Assembly: GCA_002418265.1 (NCBI GenBank)
Contig: DIDS01000019.1
Coordinates: 3,848 to 67,847, forward strand
DNA from: Acidimicrobiia bacterium UBA5794
GTDB taxonomy: Bacteria; Actinomycetota; Acidimicrobiia; Spongiisociales; UBA5794
Direction: 5' to 3'
Length of the DNA: 64,000 bases
Shown here: one piece after another, positions 10,570-18,672 of the stretch
Layout: each line of letters starts with the position of its first letter
How positions within the stretch are numbered: position 1 is the stretch's first letter
The notes under the pieces: generated by a model
The model's input: only the letters and a program-made list of their open reading frames with translations
Database searches by the model: none
What the model was told of the DNA's origin: nothing
Position numbers and translations under genes: made by a program

Positions 10570-10733
10570 GCAATGGTTGCAAACGAGACGACCTTTTCAA
10601 TGACGGTGTTGAAGAACGATGGGAGTGCGTCAGTCGTCGATGCCCACGTGATGAGTGCGAGCGCAACGATCGCAGCAGCCACGAGCACCAGTGCGTACTC
10701 GGCCGTCGCCTGTCCGGATTCTGATTTGATCAT
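10566..10733 (-). CDS. Flp-type major pilin (DUF4244-like)
   Basis: MIKSESGQATAEYALVLVAAA carries the Flp G|xxxxEY motif; AAGGAG SD lies just upstream of ATG 10733. Confidence 0.88.
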   Translation of the reverse strand: MIKSESGQATAEYALVLVAAAIVALALITWASTTDALPSFFNTVIEKVVSFATIA

Positions 10734-10743
10734 GGAGATCTCC

Positions 10744-10808
10744 TTTCGGGAAGTGCTTTCGGGAAGTGCTTTCGGGAAGTGCTTGAGTGAAGTGCTTGGG
10801 TGAAACGT
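10744..10808. repeat. 13-bp tandem repeat, 3 perfect plus 2 degenerate units
   Basis: TTTCGGGAAGTGC x3 (10744-10782), then TTGAGTGAAGTGC and TTGGGTGAAACGT. Confidence 0.92.
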
Positions 10809-11419
10809 CACAGTGTGAGCTTCGAAACACCGCCAACCACCGCAGGGACGACGGCTACAAGGAGGAACCCGGGGAGAATCAACAGGGCGAGCGGGAACAG
10901 CATCTTGACGGGGAGACGGGCAAGACGCTCATCGTGACGCGCATTGTCTCGTTCTCGTTCCGTGTCACTGAGCCCGCGAAGTTCCGTCCCAAGCCTCGCC
11001 CCCGAAGATGCAGACAAACGAGCGATCCGGAACATGACCTCAATCGGTGTCGGATCCGACTCGGGATCGATCGGTGTGTTTCGGTTGGCTCGCCTGAGAT
11101 GACGTCCGAGATCTTCGGAGACGTGGGGGCGAACGAAGCGGCTTGCCGTGGAGACGGCGATCGGGAAGGACACCCCTGCCTCCACCCCACTGGCAACCAG
11201 ATCGATCGCAGTCAACTCGTCAGCACGGTCCAGGGCTGACTTCAGCCGCATCGAATGGATCCTTCTTGCGTGGACAACTCCAAAGTGTGACGCTGCGTAC
11301 ACGATCCCCAAGGCAGGGTGGACGCCGGCTGCCGCGATCCCGGGTGCGATCAATCGTCGATGGGGAAGCTGGAGAACCAATCCATAGGCAACGGCGACAG
11401 CGAGAGCCACGACAATCAT
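10808..11419 (-). CDS. tadC: Type II secretion system F family protein (TadC-like)
   Basis: RLPVKMLFPLALLILPGFLLV C-terminal motif and position in the operon. Confidence 0.85.
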   Translation of the reverse strand: MIVVALAVAVAYGLVLQLPHRRLIAPGIAAAGVHPALGIVYAASHFGVVHARRIHSMRLKSALDRADELTAIDLVASGVEAGVSFPIAVSTASRFVRPHVSEDLGRHLRRANRNTPIDPESDPTPIEVMFRIARLSASSGARLGTELRGLSDTERERDNARHDERLARLPVKMLFPLALLILPGFLLVAVVPAVVGGVSKLTL

Positions 11420-12078
11420 GTTGCTGCCCTCGATGAGATCGCGAACACCAATGCGGTTCCTGCGATTTGTAGCGTTGCTCCGACCACCATGGGAATCATC
11501 ACGACAGCTCCACGAGGCTCGGGGATACCCCGAACGGCAACGACAAGGGCGGTGAGGGCAAGGGGCGCCACCCCGACAACCCAGGCCGACAAACGAATCT
11601 GCGCGAGCGAGGATCGCTTCTTTCTTTCACGTAGCTCTGTGGCTTTCGCACGCTCAGCAAAAGCTTCAAGGGATGCAGCAACCGACGACCCGGTGTGCTG
11701 GGACATTGCACACATCGCGGCGAATGGTCTCCCATTTGTTGGCATCGTCGACGTCATCGCATCGCCGATCTCTGTGATCGAGGCACCGGTGGCGCACAGT
11801 CTGCGAGCATCGGTGGTCACCAGCGGACTCGTACTCGTGGAGATCGCATGACGCAGGGTTCCCCCTGCGGTCACAACACCCGCCAGCGATCGCAGGAGTG
11901 CAACCTCTGAAGATGCCGACGTTTTTTCCGTCCGCTTTCGCCAACCGTACAGGGCTGCCACCGCGATGAGGCCAACCGACCCGTAGACGGGAGCGATCGC
12001 AACGACTCCAGCGGCAACGAGGACCGACACGGGGGCGCCAATCAGGATGCCAATCCCGACAATGGCCCAGATCAACAC
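11416..12078 (-). CDS. tadB: Type II secretion system F family protein (TadB-like)
   Basis: Membrane protein with AQIRLSAWVV motif, directly downstream of the ATPase. Confidence 0.8.
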   Translation of the reverse strand: MLIWAIVGIGILIGAPVSVLVAAGVVAIAPVYGSVGLIAVAALYGWRKRTEKTSASSEVALLRSLAGVVTAGGTLRHAISTSTSPLVTTDARRLCATGASITEIGDAMTSTMPTNGRPFAAMCAMSQHTGSSVAASLEAFAERAKATELRERKKRSSLAQIRLSAWVVGVAPLALTALVVAVRGIPEPRGAVVMIPMVVGATLQIAGTALVFAISSRAAT

Positions 12079-13133
12079 GGGTACACCTCCTCGAGTCCGT
12101 CACGCCCGACGTGGGAAATCGTCCGGACCTTGCGCCCGCTGTCGGTTCGGTGAACAAATACGATCACATCGAACGCCGACAGGATCTGGGTGCGGACGGT
12201 CTTTGATGACATGCCTGTCCCGATCATCGATGCGAGTGCTTCGATCCGATCAAGTGCTTCATCGGGGCCGTTTGCGTGCACCGTGGACATCGACCCGGCG
12301 TGGCCGGTGTTGAGAGCCTGAATCATGTCGGCCGCTTCGGTACCGCGTACCTCACCGACGATGATGCGGTCTGGTCGCAGCCTCAGGGCATGGGTGAGAA
12401 GCGAACGAATCGTGACCTCGCCCTTTCCCTCAACATTGGGTGGGTGCGCCTCAAGGCGGACGACATGGCCCGAGATTCTCAATTCCGCGGAGTCCTCGAT
12501 GGTGACAATGCGATCCCTTGTGGCGATCGAAGCGCACAGGACGTTGAGAAGCGTTGTCTTACCTGCGCCGGTGCCTCCCGCGACAAGGATGTTGCGCCGG
12601 TCAGCAACGGCATTGACCAAGAGGTCCGCTCCGCTTTGGTCGATTCCCCCGAGCTCCACGAGCTCATCCATGTCGGTCACCGTTTGGAGAAACCGCCTCA
12701 CGGCGACCACCGGTCCATCGACCGATGCCGGCGGGATAATGGCATGAATCCTCGAGCCATCCGGGAGTCTGGCATCGACCGCTGGCACGGCACGGTCGAT
12801 ACGGAGTCCAAGTGGCGCAATCACCCTGCGAACCGCAGCGACGATTGCTTCTTGTGAACCGAACGTGACGTCCGTCAGGATGAGGTTTCCTTCCCGCTCG
12901 ATCCAGACTTCTGAGGCCGAGTTGACAAGCACATCGGAAATCGTCGGATCACGGAGCAGTCGCTCGATCGGACCAAAACCGACCACCGCATCAACGGCGT
13001 CGTGAATGACCTGGTGAGGAGCGATTGGTGCCTCATCGCGTTTGAGTGCCGCTGCGGCACGCATCACAGAGGTTCGGTCGAGCGGCGTGTCGGATCGGAC
13101 GATCGAGGTCACAATTCGATCCACGGCGTTCAC
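12072..13133 (-). CDS. cpaF: CpaF/TadA pilus assembly ATPase
   Basis: GGTGAGKTT Walker A, LRLRPDRIIVGEVRG and NTGHAGSMSTVHA. GTG 13133 overlaps the upstream stop (GTGA). Confidence 0.95.
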   Translation of the reverse strand: MNAVDRIVTSIVRSDTPLDRTSVMRAAAALKRDEAPIAPHQVIHDAVDAVVGFGPIERLLRDPTISDVLVNSASEVWIEREGNLILTDVTFGSQEAIVAAVRRVIAPLGLRIDRAVPAVDARLPDGSRIHAIIPPASVDGPVVAVRRFLQTVTDMDELVELGGIDQSGADLLVNAVADRRNILVAGGTGAGKTTLLNVLCASIATRDRIVTIEDSAELRISGHVVRLEAHPPNVEGKGEVTIRSLLTHALRLRPDRIIVGEVRGTEAADMIQALNTGHAGSMSTVHANGPDEALDRIEALASMIGTGMSSKTVRTQILSAFDVIVFVHRTDSGRKVRTISHVGRDGLEEVYPC

Positions 13134-13684
13134 GCAGCGCTCCAGAGTCGTGAAAGCTGCCGAAGCCACGGAGACTTCACCGGCATGGAGCGCAGACCCA
13201 TGAGCGCATCGATCGTTGACCGTCCGGGCCTTGGGAGTATCAATGTGCCTTTGGGGGCAGTGCTTTTGGGAACGGTCGGTGCAAAGCCAAGCCGCTGATA
13301 CACGGTCCGTGTGGTCGGGCGGACCATGAACGGTTCAGGGAGGAGTGGAAGAATTGAGATCGCCGTCTCGGGCGGTGGGGCAGTTGGATTGCACCGAAGC
13401 ACGGTGTTTGGCCATCGTGCAACCAGTTCGCTCACGACACGAGCGGCCTCGTCGACTCCAATTCCGCCATTCGGGAGAACCGCAATGGCTTTGGAGCGTG
13501 GTTCGAGTTGTGTTCGTGTCGGTCCGTTCGTAACAAGATCCGCCAGCGAGTATTCCGACGCATAGCGTGGGCCAGCTGGATCAAGGTCGATCACGAGGGT
13601 CTCTGCTCTGGTCATCGCAAGACCGATCGGGGTCAGAACACTCAACAAGAGATCGTTTGGCGACCATAGGGCGACAACGGACAC
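13130..13684 (-). CDS. Short Ssd/CpaE/TadZ-like protein (degenerate MinD-like)
   Basis: LVIDLDPAGP motif and GAAGGAGG SD before GTG 13684; occupies the ssd position between the HAD gene and tadA. Confidence 0.65.
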   Translation of the reverse strand: MSVVALWSPNDLLLSVLTPIGLAMTRAETLVIDLDPAGPRYASEYSLADLVTNGPTRTQLEPRSKAIAVLPNGGIGVDEAARVVSELVARWPNTVLRCNPTAPPPETAISILPLLPEPFMVRPTTRTVYQRLGFAPTVPKSTAPKGTLILPRPGRSTIDALMGLRSMPVKSPWLRQLSRLWSAA

Positions 13685-13804
13685 GGTTCCTCCTTCAACA
13701 GGAGGGGAAGCATCGCGAACGTATCGGATCTCGTGCAGCCGTACAAGATGTCTGTTGTGTCGATCGCTTACGAACGGGCAGATATGGCCGATACAATCCC
13801 CACG

Positions 13805-14584
13805 ATGACTGAAGCCGCTTTCTTTGACCTCGACAAGACGATCATCGCTGGCTCCTCGACGCTTGCGTTTGGGAAACCCCTCTACAAGGCGGGCTTTCTC
13901 AGGCGCGGCACGCTGGTGAGATTGGGCGTGGCCCAACTTTCGTACATGCTCTTCGGCGCGGACGAAGGCGACTTGGAACGGGCAAGGAATGAGATGCTCG
14001 ATCTTGTATCCGGCTGGCACAAGGCCGAGATCGAGGCGATCGTCGCCCAAACGCTGGACGATGTCATTGAACCGCTGGTATTTGCAGAGGCATTGTTTCT
14101 GATCGATGAACACCGCCGGGCCGGACGCCGGGTATATGTCGTGTCAGCGAGTCCCGAGGAGTTCGTGACACCGATCGCCAAGATGGTCGGTATCGACAAC
14201 GTGATCGCAACGAAGATCCGAACGGACGGGCTCGGAAGGTACGTCCCCGAGCTTGAACGCTATGCGATGGGCCCTGGCAAGGCCGATGCCATGAAGGAAG
14301 TCGCTGCCGAGGACGGCATCGACCTTGAAGGCTCGTTCGCCTACACGGACAGTTTCACCGACATGCCGATGCTTGAGATCGTCGGCAACCCGGTTCCTGT
14401 CAACCCCGAAAAGGAGCTCAGGGAGGCAGCCGAAGAGCGAGGGTGGCAAATCCTTCAGTTCCAACGTCCTGTGAGTCTCGGACCACGTGTCCCGAGACCA
14501 CCGAAGAAGGTCTGGCTCATCGCCGGCGCCGGTGCCCTCGGCGTAGCGGCTTTCATTGCAGCAACCCGCAAACGACGAGGCTGA
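13805..14584 (+). CDS. HAD-IB family hydrolase (Rv3661-like)
   Basis: AAFFDLDKTII, VVSASP and YTDSFTDMPML; TACAAT lies 7 nt before the ATG (leaderless). Confidence 0.92.
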   Translation: MTEAAFFDLDKTIIAGSSTLAFGKPLYKAGFLRRGTLVRLGVAQLSYMLFGADEGDLERARNEMLDLVSGWHKAEIEAIVAQTLDDVIEPLVFAEALFLIDEHRRAGRRVYVVSASPEEFVTPIAKMVGIDNVIATKIRTDGLGRYVPELERYAMGPGKADAMKEVAAEDGIDLEGSFAYTDSFTDMPMLEIVGNPVPVNPEKELREAAEERGWQILQFQRPVSLGPRVPRPPKKVWLIAGAGALGVAAFIAATRKRRG

Positions 14585-14590
14585 GGCGCT

Positions 14591-14788
14591 CTCAAACCCG
14601 TCCCCCCTTCAGGGGGGACGGGCGAGTGAAACGAGCCAGGGGGGCGCGCGAGCCTGCGAGCCCCGTCTTCCAGAGCGCTTCGTTTCTTTGCTGTCCCATC
14701 TCTACGCACTCACGTGGTCGCAGGCTCCCCGGCCCCCCTGATTCGACTACGTCGAATCCGTCCCCCCTGAAGGGGGGACGGCGTTGAG
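14591..14788. repeat. REPIN/MITE-like element: two inverted arms of about 70 bp, each with a CCGTCCCCCC-N4-GGGGGGACGG hairpin
   Basis: Arms 14591-14659 and 14718-14788 are reverse complements over several blocks; the element lies between convergent genes. Confidence 0.85.
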
Positions 14789-15262
14789 TTCGGGGTCTGA
14801 TCCGAAGGTCCAATACGCGAGAGCACCGAGAGCAGCGAGTCCGACCACGACCGCAACAATCAGCCACCACGAGCCCTGCGGGATAAGGGGCTTGGACGGG
14901 AGCGGTGCCGTGACATCAGAATCGATGACGACCGAGTCGACACCAAGAGCAATCAGGTCGGTTGTCTCCGAGATGTCGGATCCACCACCGGCCGGGAATC
15001 CCTCAAAGGCGATCTGCCAGTTCTGTGCTGTGGGAAGTACCACCCATGCAATCCATGTTCCGTCACCCTCTGCCACCATCGCTGTTGGGGGTAATTCCTC
15101 ATAGTCGGAGAAGGGTCTGACGATCACCGCCTTGGCCGAGCTGTCGTACACCACCGTCACCTCAACCGTGAGTCCTTGGGTGTCGTCAATCGCCGAGCCC
15201 TCGGCTGCACCAAACGGCGAAGCGAGTGTGACCGCGGCCAAGATTCCGATCAGAAACGACAC
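14747..15262 (-). CDS. Hypothetical exported protein with C-terminal membrane anchor
   Basis: Signal-like N-terminus, acidic domain and C-terminal TM helix; TACGAT lies 6 nt before GTG 15262. Confidence 0.7.
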   Translation of the reverse strand: MSFLIGILAAVTLASPFGAAEGSAIDDTQGLTVEVTVVYDSSAKAVIVRPFSDYEELPPTAMVAEGDGTWIAWVVLPTAQNWQIAFEGFPAGGGSDISETTDLIALGVDSVVIDSDVTAPLPSKPLIPQGSWWLIVAVVVGLAALGALAYWTFGSDPELNAVPPSGGTDST

Positions 15263-15333
15263 ACCGGCATCGTAGGCCGACCGTGCGCAAACGGTGGCCT
15301 TCGTGGAACCGTTCTGGCAGGGCTCGTGCAGCA

Positions 15334-15408
15334 TCCACCAACGTTGGCGATGGTGAGGGCGAGTCAGGGGCATCACTGGCCGGCGTCAACGCGGCGAACG
15401 TTGGTGGA
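15334..15408. repeat. 12-bp perfect inverted repeat in a divergent intergenic region
   Basis: TCCACCAACGTT (15334-15345) and AACGTTGGTGGA (15397-15408). Confidence 0.75.
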
Positions 15409-15458
15409 CCCAGCACTAGCCTACGACACGTCCAATGCGACGTCCGATGAGGAGCCAC

Positions 15459-16865
15459 ATGACCGAGCCATCAACCCTGTTCGACAAGGTCTGGGCGAGC
15501 CATGTGGTACACCAGGAAGAGGACGGACCCGCCCTCCTGTACATCGATCTTCACCTTGTCCATGAAGTGACATCACCTCAGGCCTTCGAGTCGATTGCAA
15601 TGAGCAACCGCATCGTCCGACGTCCCGATCTGACACTTGCAACGATCGACCACGCCGTACCGACAACACCAAGAGACCAAGGCATCAACGACCCGATGGC
15701 GGCCAGACAAATCGAGACGCTGCGTCGCAACACACGTGAAACCGGAATCAAACTGTTCGATATCGATGACAAACGTCAAGGCATCGTGCACATCATTGGA
15801 CCCGAACAGGGTTTGACCCAGCCCGGTATGACGATCGTGTGCGGGGACTCCCACACGGCTACCCACGGTGCGTTCGGTGCTCTCGCCTTCGGGATCGGAA
15901 CATCCGAAGTCGAACACGTCTTGGCAACCCAAACCCTCCAACAGGCAAAACCAAAGTCGATGGCCGTGACGGTGGACGGTGAGTTGCCAACCGGTGTCAC
16001 AGCCAAGGACATCATCCTCGCCGTCATTGCGCAAATCGGTACTGCAGGCGGGACTGGCCATGTCATTGAGTACCGCGGGTCTACGATCGAAGCCCTTTCA
16101 ATGGAGGGTCGTATGACGGTGTGCAACATGAGCATTGAAGCCGGTGCGCGTGCTGGGATGATCGCACCAGACGAAACCACCTTCGCCTACCTGAAGGGCC
16201 GACCGATGGCGCCCTCGGGCACCGACTGGGACGTCGCCCTCGAAGCATGGAAACAGCTACGCACCGACGACGGGGCGACATTTGATGCCGAAATTGTGAT
16301 CGATGCATCAACCATCGAACCCCATGTTTCGTGGGGGACAAACCCCGGCCAGACCCTTCCCGTTTCTGGGGTACTCCCCCATCCTGAATCAGCCGATGAC
16401 CCCATTGAGCGGGACTCCATCGAGCGAGCCCTCACCTACATGGATCTCGAAGCTGGCACTGCGATCACCGACATCGCCATTGACCGTGTGTTCATCGGAT
16501 CATGCACCAACGGCCGCATCGAAGACCTTCGTGCAGCCGCAGCCGTTCTTGAAGGCCACACGATTGCCGACACCGTCACGGGGCTCGTTGTCCCCGGTTC
16601 AGGACTCGTCAAGGCACAGGCGGAGGCAGAAGGTCTCGATAGGATCTTCACGGCAGCGGGCCTTGAGTGGCGCGAGGCTGGATGCTCGATGTGCCTTGGC
16701 ATGAATCCTGACATCCTCCTACCCGGTGAACGGTGCGCGTCGACGTCGAACCGTAACTTTGAAGGCAGGCAAGGGCGGGGAGGACGGACCCATCTCGTAT
16801 CCCCAGAGATGGCGGCGGCAGCCGCTATCCACGGTCATTTCGTCGACATCAGGACCGAAACATGA
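15459..16865 (+). CDS. leuC: 3-isopropylmalate dehydratase large subunit
   Basis: [38 protein letters not shown] and [12 protein letters not shown]. Confidence 0.98.
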   Translation: MTEPSTLFDKVWASHVVHQEEDGPALLYIDLHLVHEVTSPQAFESIAMSNRIVRRPDLTLATIDHAVPTTPRDQGINDPMAARQIETLRRNTRETGIKLFDIDDKRQGIVHIIGPEQGLTQPGMTIVCGDSHTATHGAFGALAFGIGTSEVEHVLATQTLQQAKPKSMAVTVDGELPTGVTAKDIILAVIAQIGTAGGTGHVIEYRGSTIEALSMEGRMTVCNMSIEAGARAGMIAPDETTFAYLKGRPMAPSGTDWDVALEAWKQLRTDDGATFDAEIVIDASTIEPHVSWGTNPGQTLPVSGVLPHPESADDPIERDSIERALTYMDLEAGTAITDIAIDRVFIGSCTNGRIEDLRAAAAVLEGHTIADTVTGLVVPGSGLVKAQAEAEGLDRIFTAAGLEWREAGCSMCLGMNPDILLPGERCASTSNRNFEGRQGRGGRTHLVSPEMAAAAAIHGHFVDIRTET

Positions 16866-17464
16866 ATCCCGTTTCCATCGTCTCTGGCACTGCAGTTCCG
16901 CTCCCGACCGCGGATGTGGACACCGATCAGATCATTCCGAAACAGTTCCTCAAGAGGGTTGAGCGGTCCGGGTTTGGTGAATTCCTGTTCTTTGACTGGG
17001 CAAAAGACAAAGAGGGTGAGCCCGATCCGTCCTTCGTTCTCAACAGACCCGAGTATCGCAACGCGGTCATCTTGGTAACGGGGAAGAACTTCGGTTCGGG
17101 ATCGTCACGCGAGCACGCACCGTGGGCCTTGGAGGACTGGGGATTCCAGGCCATCATCGCCCCCTCGTTTGCTGACATCTTCAAGACGAACTGCGCCATG
17201 ATCGGACTCCTCACCGTCGAGCTCTCCCCGACCGAGGTCGACGGGCTCACACTGATGGCTGAAGACCCAGAAAACCGGATCACGATCGACCTTGAGAACC
17301 AGACCGTGACCGCTGAGGGGTTCGAGGCAACCTTCGACATCGATCCATTTGTCAAACACTGTCTCCTCAACGGACTCGATCACATTGCCCTGTCCCTCGA
17401 GCACCGCGACGCAATCGACAGCTTTGAAGCAGCGAGGTCAAGCTACAACCCCGTCGTGGCGTGA
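16862..17464 (+). CDS. leuD: 3-isopropylmalate dehydratase small subunit, copy 1
   Basis: [12 protein letters not shown] and [15 protein letters not shown]; ATGA overlap with leuC. Confidence 0.97.
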   Translation: MNPVSIVSGTAVPLPTADVDTDQIIPKQFLKRVERSGFGEFLFFDWAKDKEGEPDPSFVLNRPEYRNAVILVTGKNFGSGSSREHAPWALEDWGFQAIIAPSFADIFKTNCAMIGLLTVELSPTEVDGLTLMAEDPENRITIDLENQTVTAEGFEATFDIDPFVKHCLLNGLDHIALSLEHRDAIDSFEAARSSYNPVVA

Positions 17465-17823
17465 GCTTCACCCGTCAGGAACAGGCCCAGGCCATCCTTG
17501 AGGGCAAGGCGAGACGGATGGCATCAGCAGTGCTTGGTCGACAAGCAACCACAGGGTCAGACTTCAGGGATGCGCTGAGCGTGGAACGCATCGATCTCAT
17601 CTCCGAGATCAAAGACGACGTGGCGCTCAGGGCACTCGGTCAATCGATGGCTGGACCCAAAAACGGGCTCTACATCATCGACAAACCCGAGGGATACACC
17701 GTGTATCTACAACACAACGGGGAACCGTACGAAGTGTTCACCAATCTCGACTTCAACGCCGCCCGCGACGCTGCCATCGACTGCCTCGTCATGATGAACG
17801 GCATCCCATACAAGCTCTCGTAA
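17461..17823 (+). CDS. Hypothetical protein, 120 aa
   Basis: GTGA-coupled to leuD1 with host-like codon usage; no family recognised. Confidence 0.75.
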   Translation: MSFTRQEQAQAILEGKARRMASAVLGRQATTGSDFRDALSVERIDLISEIKDDVALRALGQSMAGPKNGLYIIDKPEGYTVYLQHNGEPYEVFTNLDFNAARDAAIDCLVMMNGIPYKLS

Positions 17824-17852
17824 CCGACCAAAGGAGGCACCGGGTACTATTC

Positions 17853-17920
17853 CCGTATCCCCCAGAGATGGCAGCGGCAACCGCGATCCACGGCCATTTC
17901 GTCGACATCAGGAGCCAAAC
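17853..17920 (+). pseudogene. Eroded duplicate of the leuC 3' tail
   Basis: Aligns with 16796-16861 (CGTATCCCC AGAGATGGC...GTCGACATCAGGA), with an extra C and substitutions. Confidence 0.85.
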
Positions 17921-18523
17921 ATGAATCCCGTTTCCATCGTCTCTGGCACCGCTGTTCCGCTCCCGCTGGCAAATGTGGACACCGATCAGATCATTCCGAA
18001 ACAGTTCGGCAAGAGGGTTGAGCGGTCCGGGTTTGGTGAGTTCCTGTTCTTCGACTGGGCGACAGACGACGAGGGTGAGCCCGATCCGTCCTTCGTTCTC
18101 AATAAGCCCGAGTATCGCAACGCGGTCATCTTGGTGACAGGGAAGAACTTCGGTTCGGGATCGTCACGCGAACATGCCCCCTGGGCCTTGGAGGATTGGG
18201 GATTCCAGGCCATCATCGCCCCCTCGTTTGCTGACATCTTCAGGTCGAACTGCGCCATGATCGGGCTCCTCGCTGTCGAGCTTTCCCCGGCCGAGGTCGA
18301 CAGGCTCACACTGATGGCTGAAGATCCAGAGAGCCGGATCACGATCGACCTTGAGAACCAGACCGTGACCGCTGAGGGGTTCGAGGCAACCTTCGACATC
18401 GATCCATTTGTCAAACACTGTCTTCTCAACGGGCTTGACCACATTGCTCTGTCCCTTGAGCACCGGGACGAAATCGACAGCTTTGAGGCAGCGAGGCCGA
18501 GCTACAACCCCGTCGTGGCGTGA
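17921..18523 (+). CDS. leuD: 3-isopropylmalate dehydratase small subunit, copy 2 (diverged)
   Basis: 200 aa with 14 differences from copy 1 by manual comparison; intact frame and AGGAG SD. Confidence 0.95.
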   Translation: MNPVSIVSGTAVPLPLANVDTDQIIPKQFGKRVERSGFGEFLFFDWATDDEGEPDPSFVLNKPEYRNAVILVTGKNFGSGSSREHAPWALEDWGFQAIIAPSFADIFRSNCAMIGLLAVELSPAEVDRLTLMAEDPESRITIDLENQTVTAEGFEATFDIDPFVKHCLLNGLDHIALSLEHRDEIDSFEAARPSYNPVVA

Positions 18524-18536
18524 GCTTCACCCACCA

Positions 18537-18597
18537 CGTACCCAGGGTTCCAGTACCCGGTTTTCTCTGTACTGGAACCCAGGGTTCCAGTACAGAG
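18537..18597. repeat. REP-like palindrome cluster
   Basis: CGTACCCAGGGTTCCAGTACCCGG followed by the perfect palindrome CTCTGTACTGGAACCC-A-GGGTTCCAGTACAGAG. Confidence 0.85.
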
Positions 18598-18672
18598 TTT
18601 TTCCCACAATGGGGCCCGTAGAACGAGTAGTCGGCGTATTTCTTGCCGTTGGCAGTAATTTGGGTGTTGAGC

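Noticed and set aside
13685-14113. N-terminal extension of the 327-aa ORF
   Set aside because: Antisense to the HAD gene; a good SD and GTG exist at 13684.
15380-15458. Leucine attenuator or leader peptide
   Set aside because: No Leu-codon run and no terminator/antiterminator seen.
16862-18523. leuD duplication as an assembly artefact
   Set aside because: The copies differ at 14 residues and many synonymous sites and have distinct flanks; only a strain chimera remains possible.
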